In this document: in pieces, positions 26,099 through 38,635 of the stretch | Numbering within the stretch: position 1 is the first letter of the stretch | How the letters are laid out: each line of letters begins with the position of its first letter | Source of the DNA: Nymphaea colorata | Lineage: Eukaryota | Direction of reading: 5' to 3' | NCBI RefSeq assembly: GCF_008831285.2 | Contig: NC_045138.2 | Coordinates: forward strand, 7,130,001 to 7,194,000 | Length of the DNA stretch: 64,000 nucleotides | Notes under the pieces: generated by a model | The model's database searches: none | Seen by the model: only the letters and a program-made list of their open reading frames with translations | What the model was told of the DNA's origin: nothing | Position numbers and translations under genes: made by a program

Positions 26099-29000
26099 TG
26101 TTAAGGCTAATTGTCCAGCCGTTGACACCAACTATGTCAAGAATTGCTGTCCAGCCGTTGCAAATAAAATGGCAGATCCAAATCGACAGCCAGCCACATC
26201 AACACGCAATCACAGGGATACAACATCCGCGGTTACGTGATAATCCTTCCAGATTGAATCATTTCCATATCAGTATTCTTAAATGTTTATCATTATTACC
26301 ATAACTTACAATTGTAACATACAAATGAATGTCAATATAAAATGAGTCGAACCTCACACGTTCAAGTCATTATCTTGTTTTCTGATATGGTATCAGAGCC
26401 ATTGCTCTAAATGAGCTTGAGAAACAATCGTTGGTTTCAACCTTCTGTCTAGTTCATGTTTGAATTCTGGCGTATGCCTGAGAAGTGTCCAAAATCGCTG
26501 AACAGAGGAAATACCGACTGTCCAGCGGCTCTTTAATCCACCGGCGTGATCAGATCCGGCCACAGGAGACGTCGAGCAAGAGGTAATCAGATTTCCAGGT
26601 GTTTGTAAATCATTCTTGCCCATTTTCAAAATTTTTGAAGGTTGCTCGAGTGAGCGCCTGAAATTTGAAGGTCTGACTTAGTGTTCTAGAGGTTCTGCAA
26701 CAAACAACAGGGGATCTCCATCACATCCTCTTTCCTGCCACAAGAGCCATCAAGCAAGAGCTCATCCGATTTCCAGGTGCCTGGAAATCATTCTTCTGCT
26801 AACTTGATTTTTTGGACCTTGCGTTGAGGAGATACAGATTTTTCTTTAGCAACCAGTTTTCTGGCCTTATTTGCAATCCAGCCTTCATTATCTGAAACAA
26901 AGGAGTTCGACTGAGAACTTGCTCCTTGCTGTGTATTATCTTCCTCTTTCTATTACTTATCTATGGCGTCTGCCTCCAGCTTAGTGTCTATCAAGCTGAA
27001 CAAAGACAATTATCTTCTCTGGCATGGTCAAATTCAAACGGTAATGCGCTCCCAAGGACTCATGAAATACGTCGATGGATCACTGCTTGCCCCATCACAA
27101 TCCATAGAAGCAGCAAATCGAATCGAAGAAAATCCAGCGTACGAATCTTGGCATCGCTCCGATCAGCTAGCTTTGAGTTGGATAATGGCGACGGTTTCGG
27201 AACAGGTGCTCGGCCAAATTCTTCATGTTGAAACTGCTCACGAAGCTTGGGTCGAATTGGAAAGATCTTATGGTACGCATACTCCTCTCCGTATCATGAT
27301 GCTGAAGAAGGAGTTAAACTTTATCAAAAAGGACGGTGGTGACATGGTTTCCTACTTGGATCATGTGAAATCTCTTGCCAATACCCTTGCCACTGCTGGT
27401 CATCCGATCTCGACACCAGATTTAATTCAGATTACGTTGAATGGGCTTCCTGAAGAATATGAGAGCCTAGTCACATCTGTAACCACCAGTGCCACCATTG
27501 AAAAGCTCACTTTCAATGGTTTATACGACTTGCTGCTCAACCAAGAAAAGAGAATCCAGATTCTCAAGTCAAAAAGGTCTGTATCTACTACATCTGAAAA
27601 TACACATGTTGCGTTTATGGCCTACAGGGGACGAGGGAGAAATACTTATCGTGGAAGAAGAGGAGGTCGTTTTCAAAATCAAGGACGATTGGTACATCCT
27701 CTGAATGCTGATCGCTTTCAAAATCTAGGACGATCAGTCCAATTTTATCCTCCTAATGCTGATAACAATGGTGGACAAAACAAAACAAAGTCAAGCGTTG
27801 AATGTCAATATTGTGGAAGGAAAGGACACATTGCAAGGAACTGTTGGGATGTCCCTAAAGCGTTCTCTGCCATGATGCTTGAAGAAGCCAATGACGAAAC
27901 ATGGTATCCCGACACTGGAGCAACAAATCATGTCACCATGGATGACTCCCAGATGACCGAAAAACAAGTCTTCCAAGGAGGCGAAGGTATAATTGTAGGC
28001 AATGGTTCTTCTATTCCAATTTCTTATGTTGGGAATATGGTGATCCAATCTAACGGTAGAGATCTTAAGCTTCGCCGAGTTCTTCATGCACCTCATATTA
28101 CCAAAAACTTACTATCAGTAAGTCAATTTACATTAGACAACAACTGTACTTTTGAGTTTACTCCTTTTGGATTCTGTGTGAAGGATCTTCGGACAAGCAA
28201 AGTACTGGTTCAAGGATCGAGGACACGAGTAGGCCTGTATGAGATTAAGCCACCAAGAAAGGAAGTGTTACTAGCAGATAAAAGCCAGCGTCCTACATCG
28301 TTTGACACATGGCACCAACGGCTAGGACACACAAATAAAAGAACAATAGGAATTCTTCGTTCTAAAGGTTTTATTCAGTTCTCAAATAAAGAAGATGGAG
28401 TCTGTGAAGGATGTCTTATTGGAAAAGCTCACAAACTACCTTTCAAACCAGCCCTGCACAAAACGACTCGTCCTCTAGAGCTCCTTCATGCTGATGTCTG
28501 GGGTCCATCTCCATGTGAGTCAAGAGAAAATTTCAGTTACTATTTACTTTTAGTAGATGATTACTCTCGTTTTGACTGGTTGTTTCCCCTCAAGCACAAG
28601 TCAGATGTGTTCAAAATGTTTGTTGATTTCAAATCTATTGTTGAGAATCAGCTGCAAGAAAAAATTAAGATTCTCCAATCAGATAATGGAGGAGAATTCA
28701 TTAGCACTCAACTTGAAACTTTTCTAACCGAGCATGGCATCTTCCATCAGTTTTCCTGCCCATACACACCCGAACAAAATGGGTTAGTTGAAAGAAAGCA
28801 CAGACATGTTGTAGAAATGAGACTTTGTATGCTTAATTGGTCCAAGATGCCATCTCGTTTTTGGGTAGGTGCTTTTCAAACAGCAGTATTTATTATAAAT
28901 AGGCTCCCTAGAAAACATGGCAGCCAACAGACACCATATGAGATCTTGTTCAAACATAGACCGGACTACTCGCTGTTTCAAATTTTTGGTGCAAGATGTT

Positions 29001-31509
29001 ACCCTGTGTTAATAGCCTATACTCAAGACAAGTTGGAGCCGAAGACTAAGGCATGTGTTTTAATTGGATATGGCGTCAAACACAAGGGTTATATGTGCTT
29101 TGAACCCAAAGAGAAGAAGATTTATATTAGTCGACATGTTTTCTTTAACGAGAGAAAACTTGGCTTCCAAGGATTAGAAATGGACAGCAGTCATAATCCT
29201 ACCAACATCAATGTATGGCAGCCTTTTCTCATGAACCTAAACCATCAAAACCAAATGACCAACTCGACTACCATCAACCCACGACCAAACCAACAGCCTG
29301 AGCAATCACCCATTCCCACACTCACTCCCTCACCACCCTCCACTGCTCCCACCACAACAACTGAGTTGTTTAATCCCTGCAATCTCCCACTTCCAAGTGT
29401 CACTACCCACCCTTTAGAACTCCCTTCCCCTCCTACACATTCCTCACCACCATCATTCCCTACTCTCACTGACATAGCCACCATCCCTTCACCCACCACC
29501 ACCGCACACTCATCCTTAAGCCCTCCACACTTACCGCTCACCATACCATCCGTCTCCATACCCTCTCACACACATCCCATGATCACAAGATCCATGACCG
29601 GTCATCTCAAACCTAAAACTTGTATCACCATTCAGTCCCAAACATCTGCCAATACCCATGAACCTGTTACTTACAAGGAAGCCTCTCAATCTGCCACTTG
29701 GCGACATGCCATGGATGCCGAGTATCGAGCTTTGCAGGAAAATCACACATGGGACTTAGTTCCTCATCTAGATCATCTTCATGTTATTGGATCCAAGTGG
29801 GTCTCCAAGCTGAAATACAATTCTGATGGCACAATTGCTAGACATAAAGCTCACCTCATGGCCAAAGGTTATCTCCAAGAAGCTGGTGTTGATTTCAGTG
29901 AAACGTTCAGTCCTGTCATAAAACCAACTTCTATACGCATGCTTATCTCCTTGGCCGCTCAGTTCAAATGGGATATTCGCCAGCTCGATTTTGATAATGC
30001 TTTCTTAAATGGCATTCTCACCGAGGAAGTTTATATGGTGCAGCCTCCCGGTTATGAAGACCCCAACAAACCAAATCATGTGTGTCATCTTATCAAGGCC
30101 CTATATGGCCTGAAGCAAGCACCACATGCCTGGTACCTGCGCCTCAGTAACTTCCTCCAACACTTGGGATTTAATGTCTCCACCTCGGATCCCTCTTTAT
30201 TTATCTCTCAAGGATGCCAAGCCTTTGTTCTTGTCTATGTTGATGACATCTTGGTAACTGGGCCATCTAACGAGGTAATATCAAAGGTTATTCAAGAACT
30301 CAAACAACATTTTTCCATCAAAGATATGGGTCGGTTGTCGTATTTTTTAGGAATTGAGGTTATTTATCAAAATGACTGTATTTATCTAAGTCAAAGGAAT
30401 TATCTCCTCAATATCCTTAAACAAACACACATGGAAAAGGCCAAACCATCACCTACACCCATGAGCACCACCCACAAGCTACATAAGGATGGTATTCCAT
30501 ATAACAACGATACCTTCTACCGAAGCGTCGTTGGTGCGCTTCAATATGCCTGCTTCACCAGACCAGATCTCTCCTTTTCAGTCAACAAAGTATGTCAATA
30601 CATGCATCAGCCTACAGTTGATCACTGGAAAGCAGTCAAAAGAATTATGCGATATGTTTAAGGTACTCTTCACTATGGTTTGTGCTTCAAATCGACCACG
30701 TTTCCTCTCACTCTTCAAGCCTACGCTGATGCTGATTGGGGAGGTTGTTTGGACGACAGGAAGTCGACAGGCGGATGTGTGATATTTCTTGGAGGAAATG
30801 CCATTTCATGGTTTTCAAGAAAACAATGAACTGTAGCTTTATCTAGCACCGAAGCTGAATATAAATCTCTAGCCGGAGGCGTTGCAGAATTACTTTGGAA
30901 TCAGTCCTTACTACAAGAATTTGGCTTAAAACCAACCACGGCTCCCATACTTTGGTGCGATAACATTGGAGCACTTTATTTGGCTACCAATCCAGTCTTT
31001 CATGCTCGGACCAAACATGTGGAAATCGACTTCCACTTTGTTCGAGACCATGTCAACAAAGGACATACCAAGGTTCAATTCCTAAGATCAAATGAACAGG
31101 TTGCTGATGGTTTAACAAAACCATTGAATATTATTCTACATCACCAATTCATGAACAATTTGAACGTGCTTGATTACACGCTCAAATTGAGGGGGCATGT
31201 TAAGGCTAATTGTCCAGCCGTTGACACCAACTATGTCAAGAATTGCTGTCCAGCCGTTGCAAATAAAATGGCAGATCCAAATCGACAGCCAGCCTCATCA
31301 ACACGCAATCACAGGGATACAACATCCGCGGTTACGTGATAATCCTTCCAGATTGAATCATTTCCATATCAGTATTCTTAAATGTTTATCATTATTACCA
31401 TAACTTACAATTGTAACATACAAATGAATGTCAATATAAAATGAGTCGAACCTCACACGTTCAAGTGTGAAAGGAGATATTATATTCTTCATTATCTTGT
31501 TTTCTGATA
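26099..31509 (+). mobile_element. Inner young Ty1/Copia (Ale-like); LTRs 26099-26387 and 31198-31509
   Basis: TSD ATTTT (26094-26098, 31510-31514); PBS TGGTATCAGAGCC 26388-26400; PPT GAGGGGGCA; LTRs differ by 1 SNP and one 23-bp indel; both end in TA. Confidence 0.97.
26963..31339 (+). pseudogene. Copia gag-pol polyprotein with two in-frame stops (30659-30661, 30827-30829); frame runs into the 3' LTR
   Basis: gag (IKLNKDNYLLW, CQYCGRKGHIARNC), PR (WYPDTGATNH), INT (HADVWGP, SDNGGEF, PEQNGLVERKHRH), RT (YGLKQAP, YVDDIL), RNaseH (YADADW, HARTKHVEIDFHFVRD), all in one frame. Confidence 0.93.
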
Positions 31510-31514
31510 ATTTT

Positions 31515-31868
31515 ATCCAACCTATTCTCATCAGTGAGCTTCTCTTCCTCTATATCGTCTGCTTCTGTGTGTACATACTGTAAACCCCTCACTCTCGGTT
31601 CCAACCTAAAGATTTTCCAACCTAAAGATCTTGTTTCCGGCGATGGTGAGGATCTTAAGGGAGCTGTTGTTCTTGTCGAGAATGCCGAGGGCGTAAGTGC
31701 GGGGCTGGAATAGAGCACCTTCACTGGAGTAGTTGTTGCCTACGAAATCGACGCCGGAACCAATGTCGAATCCGGAAGGGAAGTAAGCGACGAAGGGGGC
31801 GACCTGAACCTCCACCTCGGGGACGACGTCCACCTTCAATTCCACGGTCTCCCGCCATCTCCTCCTGC
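31515..31868 (-). pseudogene. Captured RNA polymerase I subunit RPA49/A49-like fragment, antisense in the outer Copia leader
   Basis: APFVAYFPSGFD..GVDFVGNNYSSEG..TYALGILDKNNSSLKILTIAGNKIFRLE/PRVRG resembles the plant RPA49-like N-terminus. A 16-bp tandem duplication (31599-31629) causes the frameshift. GC-rich island relative to the flanking TE. Confidence 0.75.
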
Positions 31869-34800
31869 CAATTAAAAAGGAGCAGGAAACAGAGGTGTTG
31901 AATTACAAAGCTGATATTATGGATTGCGATTCAATGAAGAATTGAGCTGAACTTGCTGTCGTTCGGGTCTTCATAAATCCCCCTAATCATAAGCATCTTT
32001 AATCAAAGGAGAACGGTAGAAAGAAGCGATGCAACAAGTTATGCCAACAAGTTTAATATCTTAAGTCCATATTATATCCATCATTCAGATGGACCAGATC
32101 TCCGTCAACAGGTCCATCTTATGTAATTTTTAATGGGACTCAACGATAGTTATGCAGGTATTAGAAGTCATCTCTTATTAATGGATCCTCTTCCAACCAT
32201 GGCCAAGGTGTACTCTTTTCTCATCCAAGAAGAAAAACAAAGAGACGTCAATATTATTCAAAATGATGGAAAGACTTCTATTCTTGCTGTTCAATCCCAT
32301 GATGGAGACAAACGCAATCAAATCAAGGAGAAGGGAAGACTTCGACTAAAATGCGAGCATTTCGGGAACTCGGTCACATCAAGGCAAAGTGTTATTTCCT
32401 CGTTGGTTTTCCTAACAAGTCAAGTTCTTCCAATGCACCAACAAGGCCGAATGTGAACGCCACAAGGTCCCCTGCTATCGATCAGTCCCAAACTCAGCTA
32501 TTTCAAAAATTTCTTGAGTTCATGGAAAACTCAAGTCGAGGTACCAATGACCCCAAAATAAATTTTTTAGGTAAGCTCCCACCACTCATTTCATGTGCCA
32601 CAACCAGCCAATCATGGAGACTTGACACTAGAGCAAAGCACCACATCACCAAGGCTTTATCTAACCTTGACCAACCCGTAACCATAAATCATCCACCAAT
32701 TAGTCTACCCAATGGCTTTAAAACTTCCGTCTCACATATAGAGGATGTGATTATTTCTCCCACCATTACTCTAAAAAATGTTTTATATGTCCCAACATTT
32801 AATTTCAATGTCATTTCCATGCCTAGGCTTTGTAGTGACTCAAAATTGGATGCAAAGTTTAATGAGAACTTTTGTCTGGACCATCACTCGACGACTACAA
32901 TTGGAATGGGTAGACTGAAAATGGGTTGTACGTCCTCAATGAAGAAAGAGTTGCTGTTAGCACAACCACAACCAAACCTATAAATTGGCATCTCAGACTT
33001 GGGCATGCTTCCAATCCCAAACTTCTGACGTTATCTCACTTGGAACTCATTGAATCCTATATGCCATTTGATAATTGTGATACTTGTTTTGCTACAAAAA
33101 GTACAAGAAATCATTTTCCAATTAGTTTCATCTCTACTCATGCACCTTTTGAATTGATTCACTGTGATGTTTAGGGAGGCTACTAGATAGCTTCATTAAG
33201 TGGCACACATTATATCTTAACAATAGTAGATGATTTCTCTCGATCTACGTGGGTCTCTCTTATGAGACACAAATCTGAAGTTTTTTGCATGATTAACACC
33301 CTTATAGAAAATCAATTTCAAACAGGAATTAAAATTATTAGGAGTAATAATGGGACTGAATTTTTTTCTCAAGATATGCAAAATTTTCTTCATGAAAAGG
33401 GCATTAATCGTCAACATAGTTGCATTGCTATACCACAACAAAATGGAGTAGTTGAACGCTAGCATCAAGATCTTTTTAACATGGCTCAATCACTTCATTT
33501 CCAAGCAAATTTGCCCATCAAATTTTGGGGAGAATACATTACTACAACAACTTATTTTCTGAATAAGTTGCCCACCGATGCACTTCACAATAAAATGCCC
33601 TATGAAATCTTGTTCAAAAAAGCCCCCAATTACAAACACTTCTGCGTGTTTGGATGTCTATGTTATGCTCATAATGTTTACAAAAAGCATAAATTTGATA
33701 TGTGTGCAAGAAGATGTATCTTTCTTGGATACCCATATGGACAAGCGGCATATCAAGTTTATGATCTTTAAAACAATGTTTTGTTCACCAGTAGGGATGT
33801 TCATTTTTGTGAAGACCATTTTCCTTACAAAAATGAAAATATTACTAATGGAGATGGAATGGTAGTGCTTCCCTTACCATTCAGTGATCAAATTTTAGGC
33901 GAGCATGAGATCTTCTCAAATCTGGCCCAACACCAAAATCTCTCTATTCCTAATTTGCAAACAAACCATGACCACCACAATATTCAACCTAGTGATGAAC
34001 TAGACAACCAAATCCAAGATACTAGTAATGTCAACACAAACACCACCAATGATTCTATTCAGCTCTGTAGGTCTTCCCGCCCAAGACATATGCCCAATCA
34101 CCTTAAAGACTACAAGTGTTTTTCTACTCTACCCATTTCTAACAAGTTGTTACTGAGTGATGGTTCAACAATAACAAAAGGTACACGTTATCCAATTGCT
34201 TCATATATTGATCATTCCAATTTCACCTCCCATTATCAATGTTTCATGACTACCCTACTTGAGCAACTTGAGCCTTCATCTTTTTCCCAAGCTATGCAGG
34301 ACCCAAAGTGGCGAGAAGCCATGCGTGTTGAAATCAATGCATTGCAAGAAAACCAAACTTGGACCGTCACCAAGCTACCTCTCGGCAAAACCCCCATCGG
34401 TTGCAAATGGGTATTCAAGATCAAATACCAATTTGATGGATCAGCTGAAAAATACAAGGCCTGCCTTGTTGCCAAAGGATACTCTTAGACTAAAGGTGTT
34501 GATTATAATGAAACCTTCGCTCTTTTTGCCAAAATTTCTACCATCCGCTGTTTGCTTGCCCTTGCAGCCATTTAAAAGTGGCATCTATTTCAGGTCTATG
34601 TTAATAACGCATTTCTTCATGGCGACTTGGTAGAAGAAGTGCATATGCAGTTGCCACCTTGTTTCATTCGACAAGGGGAGAAAGATATGGTATGTCGATT
34701 GAAGAAATTAATTTATGAACTTAAACAATCGTCATGAAATTGGTTCTTTAAATTGACAACATTTTTCAAAAGTTTGGGTTTTTCTCAATCAAAGGCAGAT

Positions 34801-36904
34801 TACTCATTGTTTTCCAAAACTACGACTAGAGGAAGCATATTTCTAGTGATCTATATTGATGATATAATTATTGCAGGCAACGACTTATTGGGAATCAAGA
34901 ATATCAAATATTTGATGAATGAGAAATTCAAGTTAAAAGACTTGGGGAAGCCTAGATGCATGCTCAACATTGAAGCTGCAAGATCTGAAAAAGGTATATT
35001 TTTATCTCAAAGTAATATCTCCACAATATTTTACATGAAATAGGCTATATGGGAGCAAAACCATATGACTCTCCTATGGAACAACACTTGAAGCTTGATA
35101 ATGAAGAAGGAGAGGTATTCAAAGATGCCAGTCAATATAGAAAAATCATTAGTAAGCTCATATATTTGACTATAATTAGACCCGATATCGTACATACGGT
35201 ACATATATTAAGACAATTTATGAGCAAACCCTGCATCCCGCACAGAGAAGCGATGAATCACCTTCTAAAGTACCTAAAGGGAACTGTAGGTTATGGGGTA
35301 TTATTGTGTTCAGAAAGTGCCATCCAACTTAAGGCATATTGTGATTCAGATTGGGTATCATGTCCCATGACTCGAAGATCAACAAGTGGATATTCCACTA
35401 TGATCAACAACAGTCCCATTACATGAAAAACTAAGAAGCAAACAACAGTTTCTAGGTCTTCTGCTGAAGCTTAGTACTGATCCATGGCACTTGCAACATG
35501 TGAATTCACATGGCTTAAAGCTCTCCTACAAGATTTTGGGATATCTCACATGCAACCGATCACTTTATTTTGCAATAATCAAACTGCAATGCACATAGCA
35601 AACAATCCTGTATTTCACAAGTAGACCAAGCATATTGAAATTGGCTGCCACATTGTTAGAGACAAAATTCTAAGTGGAGAGATTCAAACTCAGTTTGTGC
35701 CCTCCTCTCGGCAAGTTGCAGACGTATTCACTAAGTCACTAGGACGGGAAGTGTTCCAAACATTCAGAAGCAAGTTGGCACTCTTCAATCCAGGAGCGCC
35801 AACTTGAAGGGGAGTGTTGGAAAGATCTAACAGAGATAAGCTTTCCATAACAAAATTCTGGTAGTAACATTTTTGGTTTATCTTTATCTAAGCAATAGTT
35901 TGATCTGATCCCTACATAATCTTTGTTATCTCATTTAGAGGCTTACCCAAAACTGTGTAACACCCATTATAAATATGTAGATCTGTCGTGAATACAAGTA
36001 AGTAAAAATTCCTCTTCTCTATGTTACTTCATCTTGTCCTTTGCCATTACAAATTTATCAGAGGGGAACTTTCAGAATGCATACGTATAAGTCTATATAT
36101 GTATGCTTCAGTTTTTTTTTTTGTTTTACTTTTCTGCTAGGTTGTTGCAGTTTTAAACTTCTTTTTAGTTGACTATGCATGGATGTTATATGAATATCGT
36201 TATAATGTGTTTTTTTTTTTTGGAACATGGTTACTTTTGTAGTGTGGTGTTGAAGTTTTATTTTTTCCTCTTAAACAGGTTTTGGTTTGACAAGGCTACG
36301 TTTATTTACTATGTGTATGTTTTCAATGGGTTGTAAAAATTTCTTGATGTAACAGGTTTTAAACATTCAATGGCAACATTTTTGTCTCTTCATTTTTGTG
36401 TCCATGCTACAGTCACACACAGTTAGGCATGTCTATGGAAGTTTGTCTGTGCGGTGGACAAATTTCTAAGCTGATTTTCTGCCATGATCAAGTGCCTATG
36501 TGCACATTTAAAATGAGATAGGTTACCTATGTTATCAATTTTTGGTGCATTGTATACGGGAAGTCAATCATTGGTGTATCGGAAAGAAACACACCTGTTG
36601 GAGGTTAGGCGGCCTCCATCCCTTTATTTATTTTTTATCATATACTTGAATCCCCCATACTTGGAGTCGGCTCAAGTTCTTCTTAACCCCATTCTTATTT
36701 CAATGAACATACCGAACAATGTGCCATTTCTTGGAGCCTAACCGGATCTAATTTTTCAGTCATATAAAATCCGGTGAGTCCAAGTTTTTATTCGGTGTAT
36801 CTATTTTCTTACATCCGAACCAAGTTTGTTCCATTGGGGACTAGATCAAAACCCATTTTTGACCAATTTTTTTCTTGATCGGCTGGTTTAATTTGAGAAG
36901 CAAT

Positions 36905-38635
36905 TAAAATATGATAACCAAATTAAAGTTTGAGAAATTCAATCATTAAGTCAGCTTTGCCTTTTGGCAAGTCAAAATGAAAGTCCTTCTCATTCAACAA
37001 CGTGTCAAGAAGGGTTTATGATAGCTGATACTAAGCAAGATATGGATGCCAAATCTCTTGCAACAATACAACCATCCTTGTCCAATAAAGTTTTACAAGA
37101 AGTGGTCCATGACAAGATGGTAAGAGCTCTATGGCAAAAGTTGAAGCCTCTTTACATGAATATGCTAACCAATAAGCTTCATTTAAAGCAAAAGTTCTAC
37201 ACCATACAAAATGAATGAAGTTGTGTCACCAAGGGCACATTTAGATGAGTTTAATTTCATCGTCATGGATCTAGAAAATTATGATGTTAAGATTGAAGAA
37301 GAAGATCAGACTGTCATACTGTATGCTTACTACCACCATCTTACAAGAATTTTAAGGAGACCATGAATGTTGGAAGAGAAACGATCTCCATGGAAGAGGT
37401 GAAAACAACTCTATGCTCCAAAGAGTTGATGGATAAAGTTCTTACCAAAACAATATCAATATCAAATCCTAATCGAGATCCAAATCGAAAGGATAATTCA
37501 TATTGCAAATATTGCAAAAAGATGTGATACAATAGAAGAGTGCTGCAAACTAATAAAGAAAAGAAGCACCAAAATGAAAATAAGCAACATGCTGAAGCCA
37601 GCAGTGCATAGGAAGACAAATTTGTCATACTAGTCACCATGTCCAGATATTGATTGATAGTTGGATCCTTGACTCGGGCAGTTCCTACCACATGATGCCC
37701 CACAAGGAATGGTGCTAATGTATAAAACTATTGAAGGTGGAATTGTTCTCACAAAAAATTATTCATCATGCAAAATAGTTGGGACACAAACTGTTAGAAT
37801 TAGAATGCATGATGGTATAATCAGAATATGCTCACATATGTTTGGTATGTTGTAGGACTTACCAAAAATTCATATCTCTTGGTGCTCTAGAGTCAAAAGG
37901 TGTTACATCAGTAAAGGTGGAGTTTTTAAAGTCAATAAATATACCTTAGACCTCACAAAAGCCAGATCTAGAAAATGGGCTGGATCTATAGTCATTGTTG
38001 CAGCCATGATATACATAACAAGTCAAGATAATACCAAGTTGTAGCATATGAGGCTCGGGAACATGAGTGAAAGGGAACTGACCATATTCTCCAAACAGGG
38101 ATTACTTGATGATCCAAGTATCGGGAAGCTAAAATTCTAGCAGTACTATGTTCTTGGTAAGCAACGGAGAGTAATTTTTTACACTACCATCCACCACATG
38201 AAAGTTATGCTAGATTATATACACTCTTATTTATGTGGTCACTTTCAAGTACCATTTAAAGGTGATGCAAGGTATGCACCCACCTTTATAGATGACTTCT
38301 CAAAAAAAGTCTGGGCCTATGTTCTAACATTGAAGTAAAAAACCTTAATTTATTTGAGGCAGTGGAAGACCCTTATTAAAAATCAGATATGCGGAAGGAT
38401 GAAGCGACTGGGGACAAATGATGGTCCTGATTTTTGCTCGATCACATTTGAAGCCTTTTGCAAGAAGGCAATAATTACCCGACAAAGAACTGTGAAGGAA
38501 ACTCTACAACAAAATGGAGTTGCTGAACATGAATTGAACTCTTATAGAAAAAGCTCGATGTATATTGCTGAATGCCAACATTTGTAGAGTTTTGGGTAGA
38601 AGCCATATCTCCGGCAACATGTCTAATAAACCACT
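36905..38635 (+). mobile_element. Decayed Tnt1/Tork-like Copia gag-PR-partial INT, copy A
   Basis: KFEKFN..SFAFWQVKMK, ALWQKLKPLYM..NKLHLKQK, TLQQNGVAE remnants; colinear with 44446-46130. Confidence 0.8.

Larger units (their letters stand above)
25832..36060 (+). mobile_element. Outer Ty1/Copia LTR retrotransposon, decayed; LTRs 25832-26077 and 35815-36060
   Basis: 246-bp LTRs with about 16 substitutions by eye; TSD GAGGG (25827-25831, 36061-36065); PBS TGGTATCAGAG 26078-26088; PPT TTGAAGGGGAG before 35815. Fragmented gag (FLMGLNDSY..LLMDPLP), PR, INT (PQQNGVVER), RT (YIDDII) and RNaseH (YCDSDW) at about 32030-35810 with many stops. Confidence 0.95.
25128..36457. mobile_element. Harbinger-like non-autonomous remnant (25128-25831 plus 36066-about 36457) interrupted by nested Copia elements
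   Basis: Begins TAA|GCGTGTGTTTGA. The whole interval is absent from the paralogous block (reverse complement of 40348-40712). Right TIR not found. Confidence 0.5.

Noticed and set aside
26078..26400. tRNA-Met-like sequence
   Set aside because: Only 11-13-nt primer binding sites; no tRNA gene.
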